DNA from: a virus | Lineage: Duplodnaviria; Caudoviricetes | Direction: 5' to 3' (one strand) | Length of the DNA: 62,381 bases | Virus record (IMG/VR): IMGVR_UViG_3300013125_000007 | Span: 1 to 62,381 of that record | Shown here: positions 30,601 through 41,200 of the stretch, in pieces | Layout of the letters: the number at the start of each line of letters is the position of its first letter | Numbering within the stretch: position 1 is the first letter of the stretch | Notes under the pieces: generated by a model | The model's database searches: none | The model's input: only the letters and a program-made list of their open reading frames with translations | What the model was told of the DNA's origin: nothing | Program-made: the position numbers and the translations under genes

Positions 30601-30673
30601 AGAAGTTTGGTCAGTAGATAATACAATTTTAAGAAAAAACGATAACGGAATTACAAAATTAGAAACATTATAA
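27656..30673 (+). CDS. Baseplate protein with LamG domain and BNR/Asp-box beta-propeller
   Basis: LPYLYKTKGTIRGIKAL (tail-I/gp7-like), FDGSIDELRFW (LamG), six S/T-x-D/N-x-G/A-x-x-W/F boxes. Confidence 0.8.
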   Translation: MLNPLTQYNEKIQYDPNTDYIVYKDITLEIWNRILNNLPYLYKTKGTIRGIKALVTCYGIPSSLLSIVEYGGPDLDPVNQIYNEYSIDNFSYAAQFNMSQSIQFDWTSSLYNRFPSSVQFRFLIPITGYDQTSMSLVEVPGSWSLSVIPTGTEYGGKIKFSILTGSNVYASLTSSDMRLYDGQFNFVTIQRENAIDTQIDQNYSLYVKKYDNLILESSKEILFVPSASNNTWASAGTFLLGGSGSQFAHSFDGSIDELRFWDSALLESTIDSHTKFPQSIIGNYITSSYTDLILRISFDNPVPFDTSSAVSIPSWNEVQPLGLNSGQYTGITVSSTGDSIVIANQNAKIMKSTNYASSFTDITPATFDGSTWNTLAMSDDGSVILAGDSNALIAALSIDGGSNWYTTRHPVASNSWNGATVSGDGNTLLLGTGFKIFISTDVGLNWTQVDAFAGNTIYEATWINYDGSIIILGTSIPYSPYTQKFLYKTVDGGANWTTISSTIPTLLSYYSVAASDNGNIILCAGYESAVGYHTYLSTDGGTNWTEVNQAGHTQWKMVKVSSDGSLLIMGSSDGGFFISTNSGSTWTEYTTPGAVFNYLVTGINTTGTKILTSDSSKLWFINIVTWHGIPLLSNEAPQNLYLLNGLNFYGWTNITTYPFGYHYYQYRSSIRPINIGSTRLTSNKIRFENTTTKDNVLQLGKTTEVGQYDYSKLDNAKLGLNFNPIELLNENIVRTLAIEDSGNWVGSPSSMYDSSYTDLDLLKKYYFSLYPNTGTIKEYINYIRFYDKSLFEHIKQMIPARTKLSVGIIYESNVLERPKYQYKKPYLSIDDNSTSINLAAEYKNQYMSSENISYDLILSGSSIKKDILSGVSDLTTQIPQTFTELNSLNFGVDTIYSILSLNMSTSFSSSLDSIVNPIVNFDSNYLICGEYRKSDSQKYNPVDGYPDGHYKNYLGYNTAEQRQKYIGCLQNSTTTLDLNSPVEVWSVDNTILRKNDNGITKLETL

Positions 30674-30685
30674 TAGGAGACAGAT

Positions 30686-31300
30686 ATGTCATATCTTGAC
30701 AATTCAAGTATCACAGTAGATGCTATATTAACAAAGCGCGGTAGAGAAAAATTTGCACAAGGAGATTTTAATATAACTAAATTTTCTTTGTCAGATGATG
30801 AAATTGATTATAGGTTATATGATGTAACTAACCCATCAGGTTCAGACTATTACGCAGTTGCACTTGAGAATTTACCTCTTTTAGAAGCTATACCAGATGA
30901 TACTATGTTAATGAAAAATAAATTAATTACATTACCAAAACCTCAAACTACGATACCTAAAATTACAGTTAATTCAACTACGTGGGTGGTTGGGACAAAT
31001 GATATATCACAAGAGATAGTAATTGGACCTTCTAATATTAATGTAACATATGGATATACTGTTACTAATTTTAATTATGATAAATTTGAATTAATACCTT
31101 TTGTTCCTACTGGACAAACTGCTCCAGTAAATGCTAGTAATATAATTCCAACATCAGGTAATGTTCAAGTAATGGTTTGCAGAGCATTTAAAATAATGGG
31201 AAAAGCATTAACAAGTGTAGGTATAGTCAATATTGAAGGTAATGAAGCGGGGGGTAGTATAGTACTTAATGTTACAATTAATAAGAGTGAAGATAGATAG
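30686..31300 (+). CDS. Virion structural protein (baseplate/tail-fibre attachment region)
   Basis: VDAILTKRGRE..ITKFSLSDDEIDY; AGGAG RBS. Confidence 0.7.
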   Translation: MSYLDNSSITVDAILTKRGREKFAQGDFNITKFSLSDDEIDYRLYDVTNPSGSDYYAVALENLPLLEAIPDDTMLMKNKLITLPKPQTTIPKITVNSTTWVVGTNDISQEIVIGPSNINVTYGYTVTNFNYDKFELIPFVPTGQTAPVNASNIIPTSGNVQVMVCRAFKIMGKALTSVGIVNIEGNEAGGSIVLNVTINKSEDR

Positions 31301-31355
31301 GTTAAAAAAAGTATATTACACGCATTAATAAATTAAAATAATACGGAGAAAGTAA

Positions 31356-32381
31356 ATGTCATTTACACAATTTAATAAAGACGAAGATATAGTACAAGAT
31401 GCCAGAACTAGAATTACACGAGGTTTATGGTCTAATGGAGTCGGCACAATGACAACATTCGTAACTGCATCTGGTCTAGATATGTCAAGTTCACCTGGAA
31501 AATATTATTATAATGTATATGCGACGGCAGCCGCGACAGGTAGTTCTGAAGCTGAATTTTCAGTTGCATACGCACACATTTCAGGTGGTGGAGCATTATC
31601 TACAGATATTGATCAACCTACTAAGGCTATATATGGTCAATACGCAACTATGTTATCAAATAACCCAAAATCTATATTAACATATGGATCTAAAACATAC
31701 AGTGCAACTTTAGGTGTAACAGAGTCATCTACATTTAATGATTTTATTGCTATTAGTATTAAGAGATCAAATCTCAAGAGTACAATGGATCCAGGTAACT
31801 GGCAATTAACTCTTAAAGGTATTAATAATGTATATCTAAGTCTTGTAGATAATAGTAATGGTTCTACTGATAACATTGTAACAGAAGATACTTATTATGG
31901 CATTGTTAGTGGTAGCATTAATGATGGAATTTATAATCCAACTACACCTGTATACTATGGAAAATTTTATCCTAAACATGGTGTACTATTGATAGATCCA
32001 CTTATAGTATCTCAATCCGCGACATTTTTATATAATTCAGGTAGTGATGGATATAAAAATAATCACGGGTATTTCTTTGACATTATTAGCAACGGGGCAT
32101 ATTTTGAAGGTAGATCAGCTGAATCAATTTCATCTACTCATTATTTTGTAAGAGTTAAAAATAAACAATATAATTTTACTAACAACCCAACTTTTGTATC
32201 TAGTTCCAATGGTGTTGATTATGTTCTTTATTCTGAATTTCAAAATGATCCAAAAACATTTATAACAACAGTCGGTTTATATAATGATTTTAATGAATTA
32301 TTAGCAGTTGCTAAGTTAAGTAAACCAATTAAGAAATCATTTTCAAGTGAAACACTTATAAAAGCCAGAATAGATTTTTAA
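31356..32381 (+). CDS. Virion structural protein (tail collar-like C-terminus)
   Basis: ITTVGLYNDFNELLAVAKLSKP C-terminal motif. Confidence 0.7.
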   Translation: MSFTQFNKDEDIVQDARTRITRGLWSNGVGTMTTFVTASGLDMSSSPGKYYYNVYATAAATGSSEAEFSVAYAHISGGGALSTDIDQPTKAIYGQYATMLSNNPKSILTYGSKTYSATLGVTESSTFNDFIAISIKRSNLKSTMDPGNWQLTLKGINNVYLSLVDNSNGSTDNIVTEDTYYGIVSGSINDGIYNPTTPVYYGKFYPKHGVLLIDPLIVSQSATFLYNSGSDGYKNNHGYFFDIISNGAYFEGRSAESISSTHYFVRVKNKQYNFTNNPTFVSSSNGVDYVLYSEFQNDPKTFITTVGLYNDFNELLAVAKLSKPIKKSFSSETLIKARIDF

Positions 32382-32393
32382 TAGTCAAGCGGT

Positions 32394-33176
32394 ATGGCAT
32401 ATAAATATATAGATCCCAATACTATAAATATATCTAAATTTAAAGTATATAAGTCTTGGGCATGTAATCAATATACAACGAGCAGCATTAATGTAAAAGT
32501 GCAAACTGGAACATATTCCAGTATACCAGTTAGAGAATTGGGAGATGTTAACCCGGATGGGTCATATAAAAAATTAGTATGGCATTCTATTAACAATTTA
32601 TTCTATGAAACCGGTTCACTTAATTATTATAAATTTCTTAACTCCAATGCAGTATCAATTATTACACGTAGTATACAAGATACAATTTCTGTTATAACAA
32701 TAGACAAAGATACTTTCGGTGAATCAATTAAAAAGGGATCTGTAGTTATTGAAACTGGGTCTCTTATATTTCTAGACGATTCAAACTATAATTTGTATGT
32801 AAGTGGAACATCACCTCATAATGTAATAGGTAATGTTTTATATGAACACGGTAAAATTATTATTACAAGTTCAAGCTATGCATCTACATTTGAAACATAT
32901 GAAATACAATTTAAATCTACATTTGAAATAACAGAACATGAGTATTCATGTATTATTAATTCATCTGAGTTTAATTATACTATGAATCCGACCGCAATTA
33001 GTGGAAGTAATGATAATTATTTACCAATGTTTACATCATCTTTAGAATCACCACTCATTACTACTATAGGTTTATATAATAGTCTAAATGAATTATTAAT
33101 GGTAGCTAAACTACCTCGACCTTATAGACGTAACTACGATTTAGATACAACATTTATAATAAAATTTGATACATAA
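32394..33176 (+). CDS. Virion structural protein, paralog of the preceding gene
   Basis: ITTIGLYNSLNELLMVAKLPRP; FNYTMNPT versus YNFTNNPT. Confidence 0.7.
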   Translation: MAYKYIDPNTINISKFKVYKSWACNQYTTSSINVKVQTGTYSSIPVRELGDVNPDGSYKKLVWHSINNLFYETGSLNYYKFLNSNAVSIITRSIQDTISVITIDKDTFGESIKKGSVVIETGSLIFLDDSNYNLYVSGTSPHNVIGNVLYEHGKIIITSSSYASTFETYEIQFKSTFEITEHEYSCIINSSEFNYTMNPTAISGSNDNYLPMFTSSLESPLITTIGLYNSLNELLMVAKLPRPYRRNYDLDTTFIIKFDT

Positions 33177-33190
33177 TAAAAGAAAAGATT

Positions 33191-33715
33191 ATGAATATCC
33201 ACAGTGCAAAGGCCAAAGGGAGAAACCTCCAAAAGAAAGTTAAACAATTAATTTTAGAAACATGGACAACATTAGAAGACGACGATGTAAGATCAACATC
33301 GATGGGTTGTTCAGGTGAAGATATTTTATTTTCACCTGCTGCCAGAAAATTGTTTCCATTTTCAGTAGAATGTAAAAATCAAGAAAATGTAAATTTACAA
33401 AAATCAATAGATCAAAGTGAATATAATAGTAGAGTAGGAATTATTCCAGTATTAATTATAAAGAAAAATCATAAACCTATTTATGCAATATTTAAATCTG
33501 GTTTATTATTACCTAGACTTAAAATTAATTTACAAGAATTTATACCATTACACAGAACAACATTTTCACCGAAAATTAATATATGGAAAGAAATAGATTC
33601 ATTCAATAAAGAAGAATTTGTATTTAATTTTCCATATAAAAATTCAATTTATAGTTGTATGAAATTTGATAAGTTATTAGAATTAGTAAAAAATTATTTG
33701 TTGATAACTACTTAA
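33191..33715 (+). CDS. PD-(D/E)XK nuclease, Holliday-junction resolvase-like
   Basis: AKAKGRNLQ, GEDI, FSVECKNQE. Confidence 0.8.
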   Translation: MNIHSAKAKGRNLQKKVKQLILETWTTLEDDDVRSTSMGCSGEDILFSPAARKLFPFSVECKNQENVNLQKSIDQSEYNSRVGIIPVLIIKKNHKPIYAIFKSGLLLPRLKINLQEFIPLHRTTFSPKINIWKEIDSFNKEEFVFNFPYKNSIYSCMKFDKLLELVKNYLLITT

Positions 33716-33844
33716 TAAAATTATCAATAATATTTCATAATAAATATAATTAAAGTATTGTTCTATAATTAAAATTTATTTTTCAAAATATTTTACCAAA
33801 TCAACATTTTTCTTAAAACTTTAATACATATAATAAAGGAACTT

Positions 33845-34015
33845 GATATTTGTGATTGTGGAAACAATATAAATCGAGACATTAATGGTGCAATAAACAT
33901 TTACAAACAATTTGTGGGTGATTATAATCCGTTATTTGAAACATTAATTGTTTCAGAAAGATTTGATTGGTGTCATATCAATCAAATGAACAGAAATTAT
34001 AATTTTTATAATTAA
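33845..34015 (+). pseudogene. tnpB: tnpB 3'-end remnant (IS200/IS605 or IS607 family)
   Basis: Start-less frame reads DICDCGNNINRDINGAINIYKQF, i.e. a Zn-finger half plus the RuvC-III RDxNxAxNI motif; not in the ORF track. Confidence 0.8.
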
Positions 34016-34069
34016 TTATTTAATTTATAGATTTTTGTATTATATTTATAATAAATTGAACGGTTATTT

Positions 34070-35050
34070 TTGCAATTAAATATACTCAATATACTAGAAA
34101 AAGTTTTAGGTCAATCAGCTGACATTATTAAAGATGACGCGGCATTTTGGTGTCCAGTTTGTAAAAATGAAAAACATAAAAAAAAATTAGTTGTTAACTT
34201 AAACCCAAATCATGAGAGGTACGGTTGGTGGAGATGTTGGATATGTAAAGATGAAAATAAAATGGGTGGAAAAAACCTAGTATCTCTTTTATATAGACTT
34301 AAAGCATCAAAAGACGATATAAATAATTTATCTAAACAATTAGATACAGGAACGTTATTAGTTAAAAAAGATTTATCGAAAGATTTATTTTCAGATGAAG
34401 TTGAAGATAAAACAATTACTGTTAATTTACCATCTCACTTTCATCCATTATATGAATACAAAAGTTCATCTGAATATCATGACGCACTAAAATATATTGC
34501 AAACAGAGGTTTAAGTTTTTCTGATATAATTAAATATAATATTGGATATTGTGAATCAGGAGAGTATGCTCATAGATTAATAATCCCATCTTATGATGAT
34601 ATAGGTAAATTAAATTATTTTGTATCTAGAACATATTATGATAGTATAAAATTAAAATATAAAAATCCTAAAATAAATAAAGATGATATAATTATATTCG
34701 ATTTATTTGTAAACTGGAAAATGCCCATACTAATCTGTGAAGGTGTATTTGATGCAATTTCGGCCAAACGAAATTCAATACCGTTATTAGGTAATTCACT
34801 TTCAAGTGCGTTGAATAAAAAAATTATAAAGGAAAATGTAAAAGAGGTTATTTTAGCATTAGATATGGATATTATTAATACGTCACTTAAATATATAGAA
34901 AAATTTATATCAAATGGAATTTCTGTTAAATTTATAAATATGGATAAAAAGGACCCATCTGAATTAGGATTTAAAAAGTTTATAGAACTATATAATAATG
35001 CAACACCCATGCACTTTGAAGATTTAATTAGATTAAAAATGAAAATATGA
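34070..35050 (+). CDS. DNA primase (gp61/DnaG-like)
   Basis: Zn finger CPVC..CWIC, KYKNP, TOPRIM CEGVFDA and LALDMD, KDPSE. Confidence 0.92.
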   Translation: MQLNILNILEKVLGQSADIIKDDAAFWCPVCKNEKHKKKLVVNLNPNHERYGWWRCWICKDENKMGGKNLVSLLYRLKASKDDINNLSKQLDTGTLLVKKDLSKDLFSDEVEDKTITVNLPSHFHPLYEYKSSSEYHDALKYIANRGLSFSDIIKYNIGYCESGEYAHRLIIPSYDDIGKLNYFVSRTYYDSIKLKYKNPKINKDDIIIFDLFVNWKMPILICEGVFDAISAKRNSIPLLGNSLSSALNKKIIKENVKEVILALDMDIINTSLKYIEKFISNGISVKFINMDKKDPSELGFKKFIELYNNATPMHFEDLIRLKMKI

Positions 35051-38000
35051 CAATACACAATATAAATACTCAAATCAAGAATGTAGATAAAATAGTTCAT
35101 ATTGCCGATGTACATATTCGGCCATATAAACGACATCAGGAATATAGAGAAGTATTTAATAGATTATATAAATCAATTTCTAAAAACACAACCGTAGATT
35201 CCATAATAACACTAGTAGGGGATATAGTTCACGCAAAAACTGAAATGTCTCCAGAATTAGTATCTATATTATCGGAATTTTTAGTTGATTTATCTAATCT
35301 TTGTACAGTAATATTAGTTCCTGGAAATCATGATGGTAATTTAAATAATCTAAATAGATTAGATACACTAAGTCCAGTTGTAACATCATTAAATTTACCA
35401 CGACTACATTATCTAAAAGAAAGTGGAATATATTCATTTGCAAACTTATATTTTTCTAATATGTCAGTATTTGATTCTGAAGATAAGTACATTTTAGCGA
35501 AAGATATGCCGAGTGATGGTACTAAAATTGCACTATTTCACGGTGCAATAAATAATTCAGTTAATGATTTTAATTTCAAATTGAAATCAAATACTGGAGT
35601 TTCTATGTTCAGAGGTTTCGATTTAACTTTGTTGGGTGATATTCATAAAATGCAATTCTTTGGAAAAACAATGGCGTATTGTGGAAGTCTTATACAGCAG
35701 AATCATGGAGAATCAGTTACTGAGCATGGATATATTCTATGGGATTTAAATGTTAAATCATCATCTTTTATTAAGATACCTAATGATTATGGTTATTATA
35801 CCTTAGAACTAAATGGTGATACTACAACCATCGATAAAGCTTCAGATATGCCTAAAAAGTGTAGACTTAGGATTAAAGCTTACGATGTAAATACTACGAA
35901 ATTAAACGAACTTATAGTTGAAATTAAACAAAAATATAATCCAATTGAAATTACTATTAATCGAATTAATAAAACTCTTAATGATAAAAATATAAGCGAA
36001 GTTTTTGAATTACCAGATGTTCATGATATAAATTGTCAAAATAATTTAATAGAACAAATTTTAATTTATGAACCATTAGTAACAACACAAGATATTGAAG
36101 AAGTTAAAAAAATTAATATAGAAATTAATTCTAAAATTGAAGTAGAAGATATAATACGTAATTCAAGGTGGAATCCTATTAAATTTGAATGGTCTAATAT
36201 GTTTTCGTATGGTGAGAATAATGTAATAGATTTTTCAAAATTAAAAGGTATTGTAGGTTTATTTGCACCAAATTCAACTGGCAAGAGTTCATTTGTTGAC
36301 AGTTTATCATTCTGTCTATTTGATAAAACTGCAAGAGATTTTAAACCTATTAATATATTAAATAATAAAAAAAATAATTTCACGTGCAAATTAGATTTTG
36401 AATTGTCTAATACTCAATATACAATTACTCGTAAAGTTCACAAAAATAAAAAGGGTGATCCTCAATATAAACTAGAATTTACTACAGGGGATGGTAAAAT
36501 TGTCAAATCTTTAAATGGAGAAAATAGATGGGATACAAATAAATATATTTTTTCTAAAATTGGTACGTACGAAGATTTCACGTTAACATCACTAAGTGCA
36601 CAGAATAAAGGATCTGGGTTTATTGACAAAGGTCATTCTGAAAGAAAAGATCTAATTATACAATTTATGGGGTTAGGTATATTTGATAAGTTATGTATAA
36701 TTGCACTAGATGAAATAAAACAATTAACTACATTGATCAAATCATTATCGCTCGACGACTGGGATAGTAGATTAAATAATACAAATAAAGAAATTAAAAT
36801 TTTATCTAAGACATATAAAGATGTTAATCTTAAAAGAGATCGTATATCAGAAAATATAACAGAGATTAGAAATTTAATTACTTTTTTAAAATACGATTTA
36901 ATTGAAATAGATGAAAATTTAGACATAGATGAATTAAACAATACACTATTATATTTAACAACTGATTTAGATGAGCAAAAAGAATTATTAAGTAATAATC
37001 AGTCAAATATTAAATCTAACACAGATATGATGTCTGAATTACGTGAAAATATTTTATTATATGAATCACTTGATATTGAATCAATGTATACAGATTATAT
37101 AAAAACTGTAACTAATAAAGATAAATTATTATCTGAGTTAAATAGTTTAGAATATGTTCTAAATACTAAACGTGATAAAATGAAAAAACTTACCGAATTA
37201 GAGTATGACCCAGATTGTACATTTTGTATGAATAATATTTTTGTAAAAGATGCTATAGAAACTAAAGCTAGTATAGAAGTAGATTCTACCCAATATGAAG
37301 TATTGAAAATTAATGTAAACGCAATGAAAGAAATTATTACATCTAATTATCATATTAAAGAAAAATATTCAGAATACAATAAATTGAAACAAAATTATAT
37401 AACTTATGAATTAAAGAAACATCAATTAGAACTTATAGAATCAAAAATAAATAATAATATTGAATCTATAAAAAATAATATTATATCTACTGAAGAAAAA
37501 ATTAAAAAATACGAATCCAATAAAATATCAATTGAAAAGAATAGAACTATACAATGCCAAATAGATGAGAATATGATATTGTTATCAAAAGAAGAACTTT
37601 TATTTGAATCAATCGGACATGAAATATTAACTATATATGGTAAAATGGAAGTAGAAAAATCTAATAAACATTTGTTTATAGATAATATTAATAAATTAAA
37701 GAATTATAATATTAAACTAGAACATTATAAGAGATATATTAATTGCATTAAACGTGATGGAATTCCATATACATTAATTCAAAAAATTATACCAGTTATT
37801 GAAAATGAAATAAATAATATTTTAAGTCAAATTGTAGAATTTTCTATTGTAATAAACTTAGATGATTCTAAAAACATTAATATGTTCATAGTATATGATG
37901 AAAATAATTATTGGCCGCTAGAATTAGCAGGTGGTATGGAGAAATTTATATCATCTATTGCAATCAGAGTTGCTCTCACTAATATTTCAAATTTACCTAG

Positions 38001-38202
38001 ACCTAATTTCTTAATTATTGATGAAGGATGGGGAACATTAGATAGAGAAAACTTAGGTTCTGTATCTATGTTAATGGACTATCTTAAAACCCAATTCGAT
38101 TTTGTTTTAATTATATCACATGTCGATCAAATTAAAGACGTAGCCGATGTTCTGATAGATATTAAAAAAGAAGACAATTACAGTTTAATACAGCATATCT
38201 AA
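35047..38202 (+). CDS. Fused Mre11/SbcD nuclease - Rad50/SbcC ATPase (gp47-gp46 fusion)
   Basis: ADVH, GDIVH, GNHD, GDIH; Walker A APNSTGKSS; hook CTFC; signature LAGGMEK; Walker B IIDEG; ISH. Confidence 0.93.
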   Translation: MTIHNINTQIKNVDKIVHIADVHIRPYKRHQEYREVFNRLYKSISKNTTVDSIITLVGDIVHAKTEMSPELVSILSEFLVDLSNLCTVILVPGNHDGNLNNLNRLDTLSPVVTSLNLPRLHYLKESGIYSFANLYFSNMSVFDSEDKYILAKDMPSDGTKIALFHGAINNSVNDFNFKLKSNTGVSMFRGFDLTLLGDIHKMQFFGKTMAYCGSLIQQNHGESVTEHGYILWDLNVKSSSFIKIPNDYGYYTLELNGDTTTIDKASDMPKKCRLRIKAYDVNTTKLNELIVEIKQKYNPIEITINRINKTLNDKNISEVFELPDVHDINCQNNLIEQILIYEPLVTTQDIEEVKKINIEINSKIEVEDIIRNSRWNPIKFEWSNMFSYGENNVIDFSKLKGIVGLFAPNSTGKSSFVDSLSFCLFDKTARDFKPINILNNKKNNFTCKLDFELSNTQYTITRKVHKNKKGDPQYKLEFTTGDGKIVKSLNGENRWDTNKYIFSKIGTYEDFTLTSLSAQNKGSGFIDKGHSERKDLIIQFMGLGIFDKLCIIALDEIKQLTTLIKSLSLDDWDSRLNNTNKEIKILSKTYKDVNLKRDRISENITEIRNLITFLKYDLIEIDENLDIDELNNTLLYLTTDLDEQKELLSNNQSNIKSNTDMMSELRENILLYESLDIESMYTDYIKTVTNKDKLLSELNSLEYVLNTKRDKMKKLTELEYDPDCTFCMNNIFVKDAIETKASIEVDSTQYEVLKINVNAMKEIITSNYHIKEKYSEYNKLKQNYITYELKKHQLELIESKINNNIESIKNNIISTEEKIKKYESNKISIEKNRTIQCQIDENMILLSKEELLFESIGHEILTIYGKMEVEKSNKHLFIDNINKLKNYNIKLEHYKRYINCIKRDGIPYTLIQKIIPVIENEINNILSQIVEFSIVINLDDSKNINMFIVYDENNYWPLELAGGMEKFISSIAIRVALTNISNLPRPNFLIIDEGWGTLDRENLGSVSMLMDYLKTQFDFVLIISHVDQIKDVADVLIDIKKEDNYSLIQHI

Positions 38203-38260
38203 AAATTTAGTTTTCACATATTTATATATTAAGTGTTTATATAAACCTAGATGAGAACTA

Positions 38261-41200
38261 ATGCCTAATACAATACGTAAAAAAACAATTCAACACCTAG
38301 ATAATATCCAAGTGTATAAAATTGACACAGATAATTCTGTATTTCAAATAACTAACATTCCAACTGTGTTTCCAATTGGCAAGAGTTATTTTTTAATAAA
38401 GGGTAGTGATGAACTTCAAAATTTATCTGAAATAGAAATAGAAATAATAGATGCGGCAGGTAAACCCGTATTTTATGATATTGTGTCTACTATAGAATCT
38501 ACATCAAATATTATTTCAGTTTGGGTTCAAAATGATACTGAACAAGGTAATGCCAACTTAATCATACTTGGTAAATCTAAAGATGTTCCAACAGAGTGGT
38601 TTAACAACTATAATGTAAAATATAAAACTCAATTATATTTAGATAAAAATATTCCAAATGTAAATCAAATTAAATTTGAATTTAATCCAACTGTAACCGC
38701 AACTGAATTTATTAGAAAATATGTAAATTACGAAACTACTAAACTCAATGATTTAGAATTTTCAGGTGGAACAATTAGTGGGAAGAACATATCAGTATTA
38801 TCAAATGATAATGGATTTGACATTAAAACATTACCATACGAAATGTCATTATCTTCGGGTTATGAATTATCATCATCATTTGAAAATCCAATATTATACA
38901 TAAACCAAATAACCGGAGATTATAGACTTGGAAATAAAATATATCATACAACGATTTATAATTATACATCATCTATTTTAAATATTAAGAATTCGCACAC
39001 ATTTACTGTAAGTAATCCTCCAACCAGTTCTTTAGGTGAAATATTAAATTTTACCAATATGCCCAATTATAAAATTAAATATGAAAATAATACAACCGGT
39101 TCTTCTACAATATATACTGCGTCATATTTAGAATTAGATATAAAAAATATAATTCCGTTTAGTGGTGAAGTTAAAACATTACGAATATATAAAAATATTC
39201 TTAATTCTGATATTACCCAACAACATTTAGGTGATTATTTAATACAAAATTATGAACTATTAAGTATTGATAATTCATTTGAAAGAATAAATATTGGAAA
39301 CTTTAAAGTAAATAATACTATTAGTAACTGGGTTACATCGAGTAAGTATGAAGTAATGTCAATTGGTCAAATTCCTCCTATAGTTCAATTGGATAATAAT
39401 CAAATATTCGGTGCAGTAGAATTGATGAATGTACCAATAGATAATACTTCAAAATTTTATCCAAATTTAACTATATCTAGTGATGCCAATGTTGAATATA
39501 CCTTAAATTTTGATTGTGCAACTCTATTAGATTCTAGATTGATAGACAATGAATGGAATATAAGTATAGGGCAATATTATATTGGCGATATAGTATATAA
39601 TTATAACATACCATACATTTGTTATAATAATCATAATTCAACCCAAGATGGCTCAGAGCCTGGAACAGGTCACTCGTGGCCAGACTATTGGATAGATATG
39701 GATCCAGTAACGTCAAATCAACTAATAAGTAGTATAGATATATATGTATCTGGAAGTGCAGTTAATAATACAGATTTAAATGGTAAAAAAATAGGCTCAA
39801 TACAATGTTCTACAATAAAAAATTACGGTAACTTGAATTTTAATGTTATAACTGATAAACAAGGTACATTTAAACCTGTATTTATAATTAAAACTGGAAA
39901 ATGGTACATAGCTAACATATCATTTAAGTATTCAAGTGATTTAGGTTATAATCCTTATTCAACTAAAATTTATATTCCAAATATATCTAATAAACGTAAT
40001 GATTATTCACAATTTGATATTCAATTTTTAAATTCAAAAAATGAAATATCTCAAACTCAAATACAAACCAATGTAATTAAAATTGTCAATAATCCTACAT
40101 ATATTGAATTAGATGATAATGTATTATCTGGAAGTATGTTCATTGGAGCAGAAATTAATTCTGGTATTGAAATGGCGGGCAAAGGTTCCGGATATGTAAG
40201 GTCAATCGGATACAATGGTTATACAACTGCAACCCAAGGTTCTACACCGGCAGGATTTATTATTTATAGTGGATCTAAAAATTTATCAACTGTACTTTCA
40301 TCTAATGATAATTATGAAGGTGTAGGTATCGAACTAAACGCCGGAGCAAATTACGGTAGAATGAAATTTAAAGCAGATTATACTCATTCTATTTTTGAAG
40401 TAATTGCAGACTCATTCTATGTAGGATCATCGACGACACAATTTATAAGTGGAAGTGGTGGTTTAATAGAAATAAGTAGTAGTAATTTTCATTTATCTTC
40501 AAGTGGTGATGTTATTGTCAAAGGTTCAATAACAGCAGATAGTGGTTATTTTGGTGGGTTTACTATATCATCCCATTCAATAGGTTCAGCACACTTGTTT
40601 TTAAGTGGAAGTCCAACAAGTATAGACGGGTATGATACAACATCAAATATGTTTATATCAACTTCAAATTTTAATGTTAAGAGCAATGGTGATATAACCG
40701 GAAGTAATGTATTATTTTCAGGTGGTAAAGTCGGAGGATTATTAATAAATGACACTAGTTTATATAATAATTATTTAAATATCACATCTAGTTTACAACA
40801 GACTATACCTGAAAACTTAATACCTACTGTACTATTCGACAATGTAAATAATTTTACTATTGTTAATCAAGGACCCCCATCAGGGTCAGGTATTGTTACT
40901 ATTGATGGAATACAATACTTAAAACTACAAGTTGCAGATGGTTCAAATCAAACTCCCGAATATGCTGAAACGGGTATTCAAGTAGAAAAAGATGTATTAT
41001 ACAATATATCTTCAAATATATTTATTAGTGGAAGTGATTACCTCAATTATATGGCATTGCCTTTTCCACTATTAATAACTATTTATGAAAATTCAGTTTT
41101 ACAAGATACAATAACATACGAATTTGATAATCCAAATTATCCAGATAATCCAGAGTGGTATCCTATAAATATATTAATACACTATATTGCAAAATCGTCA

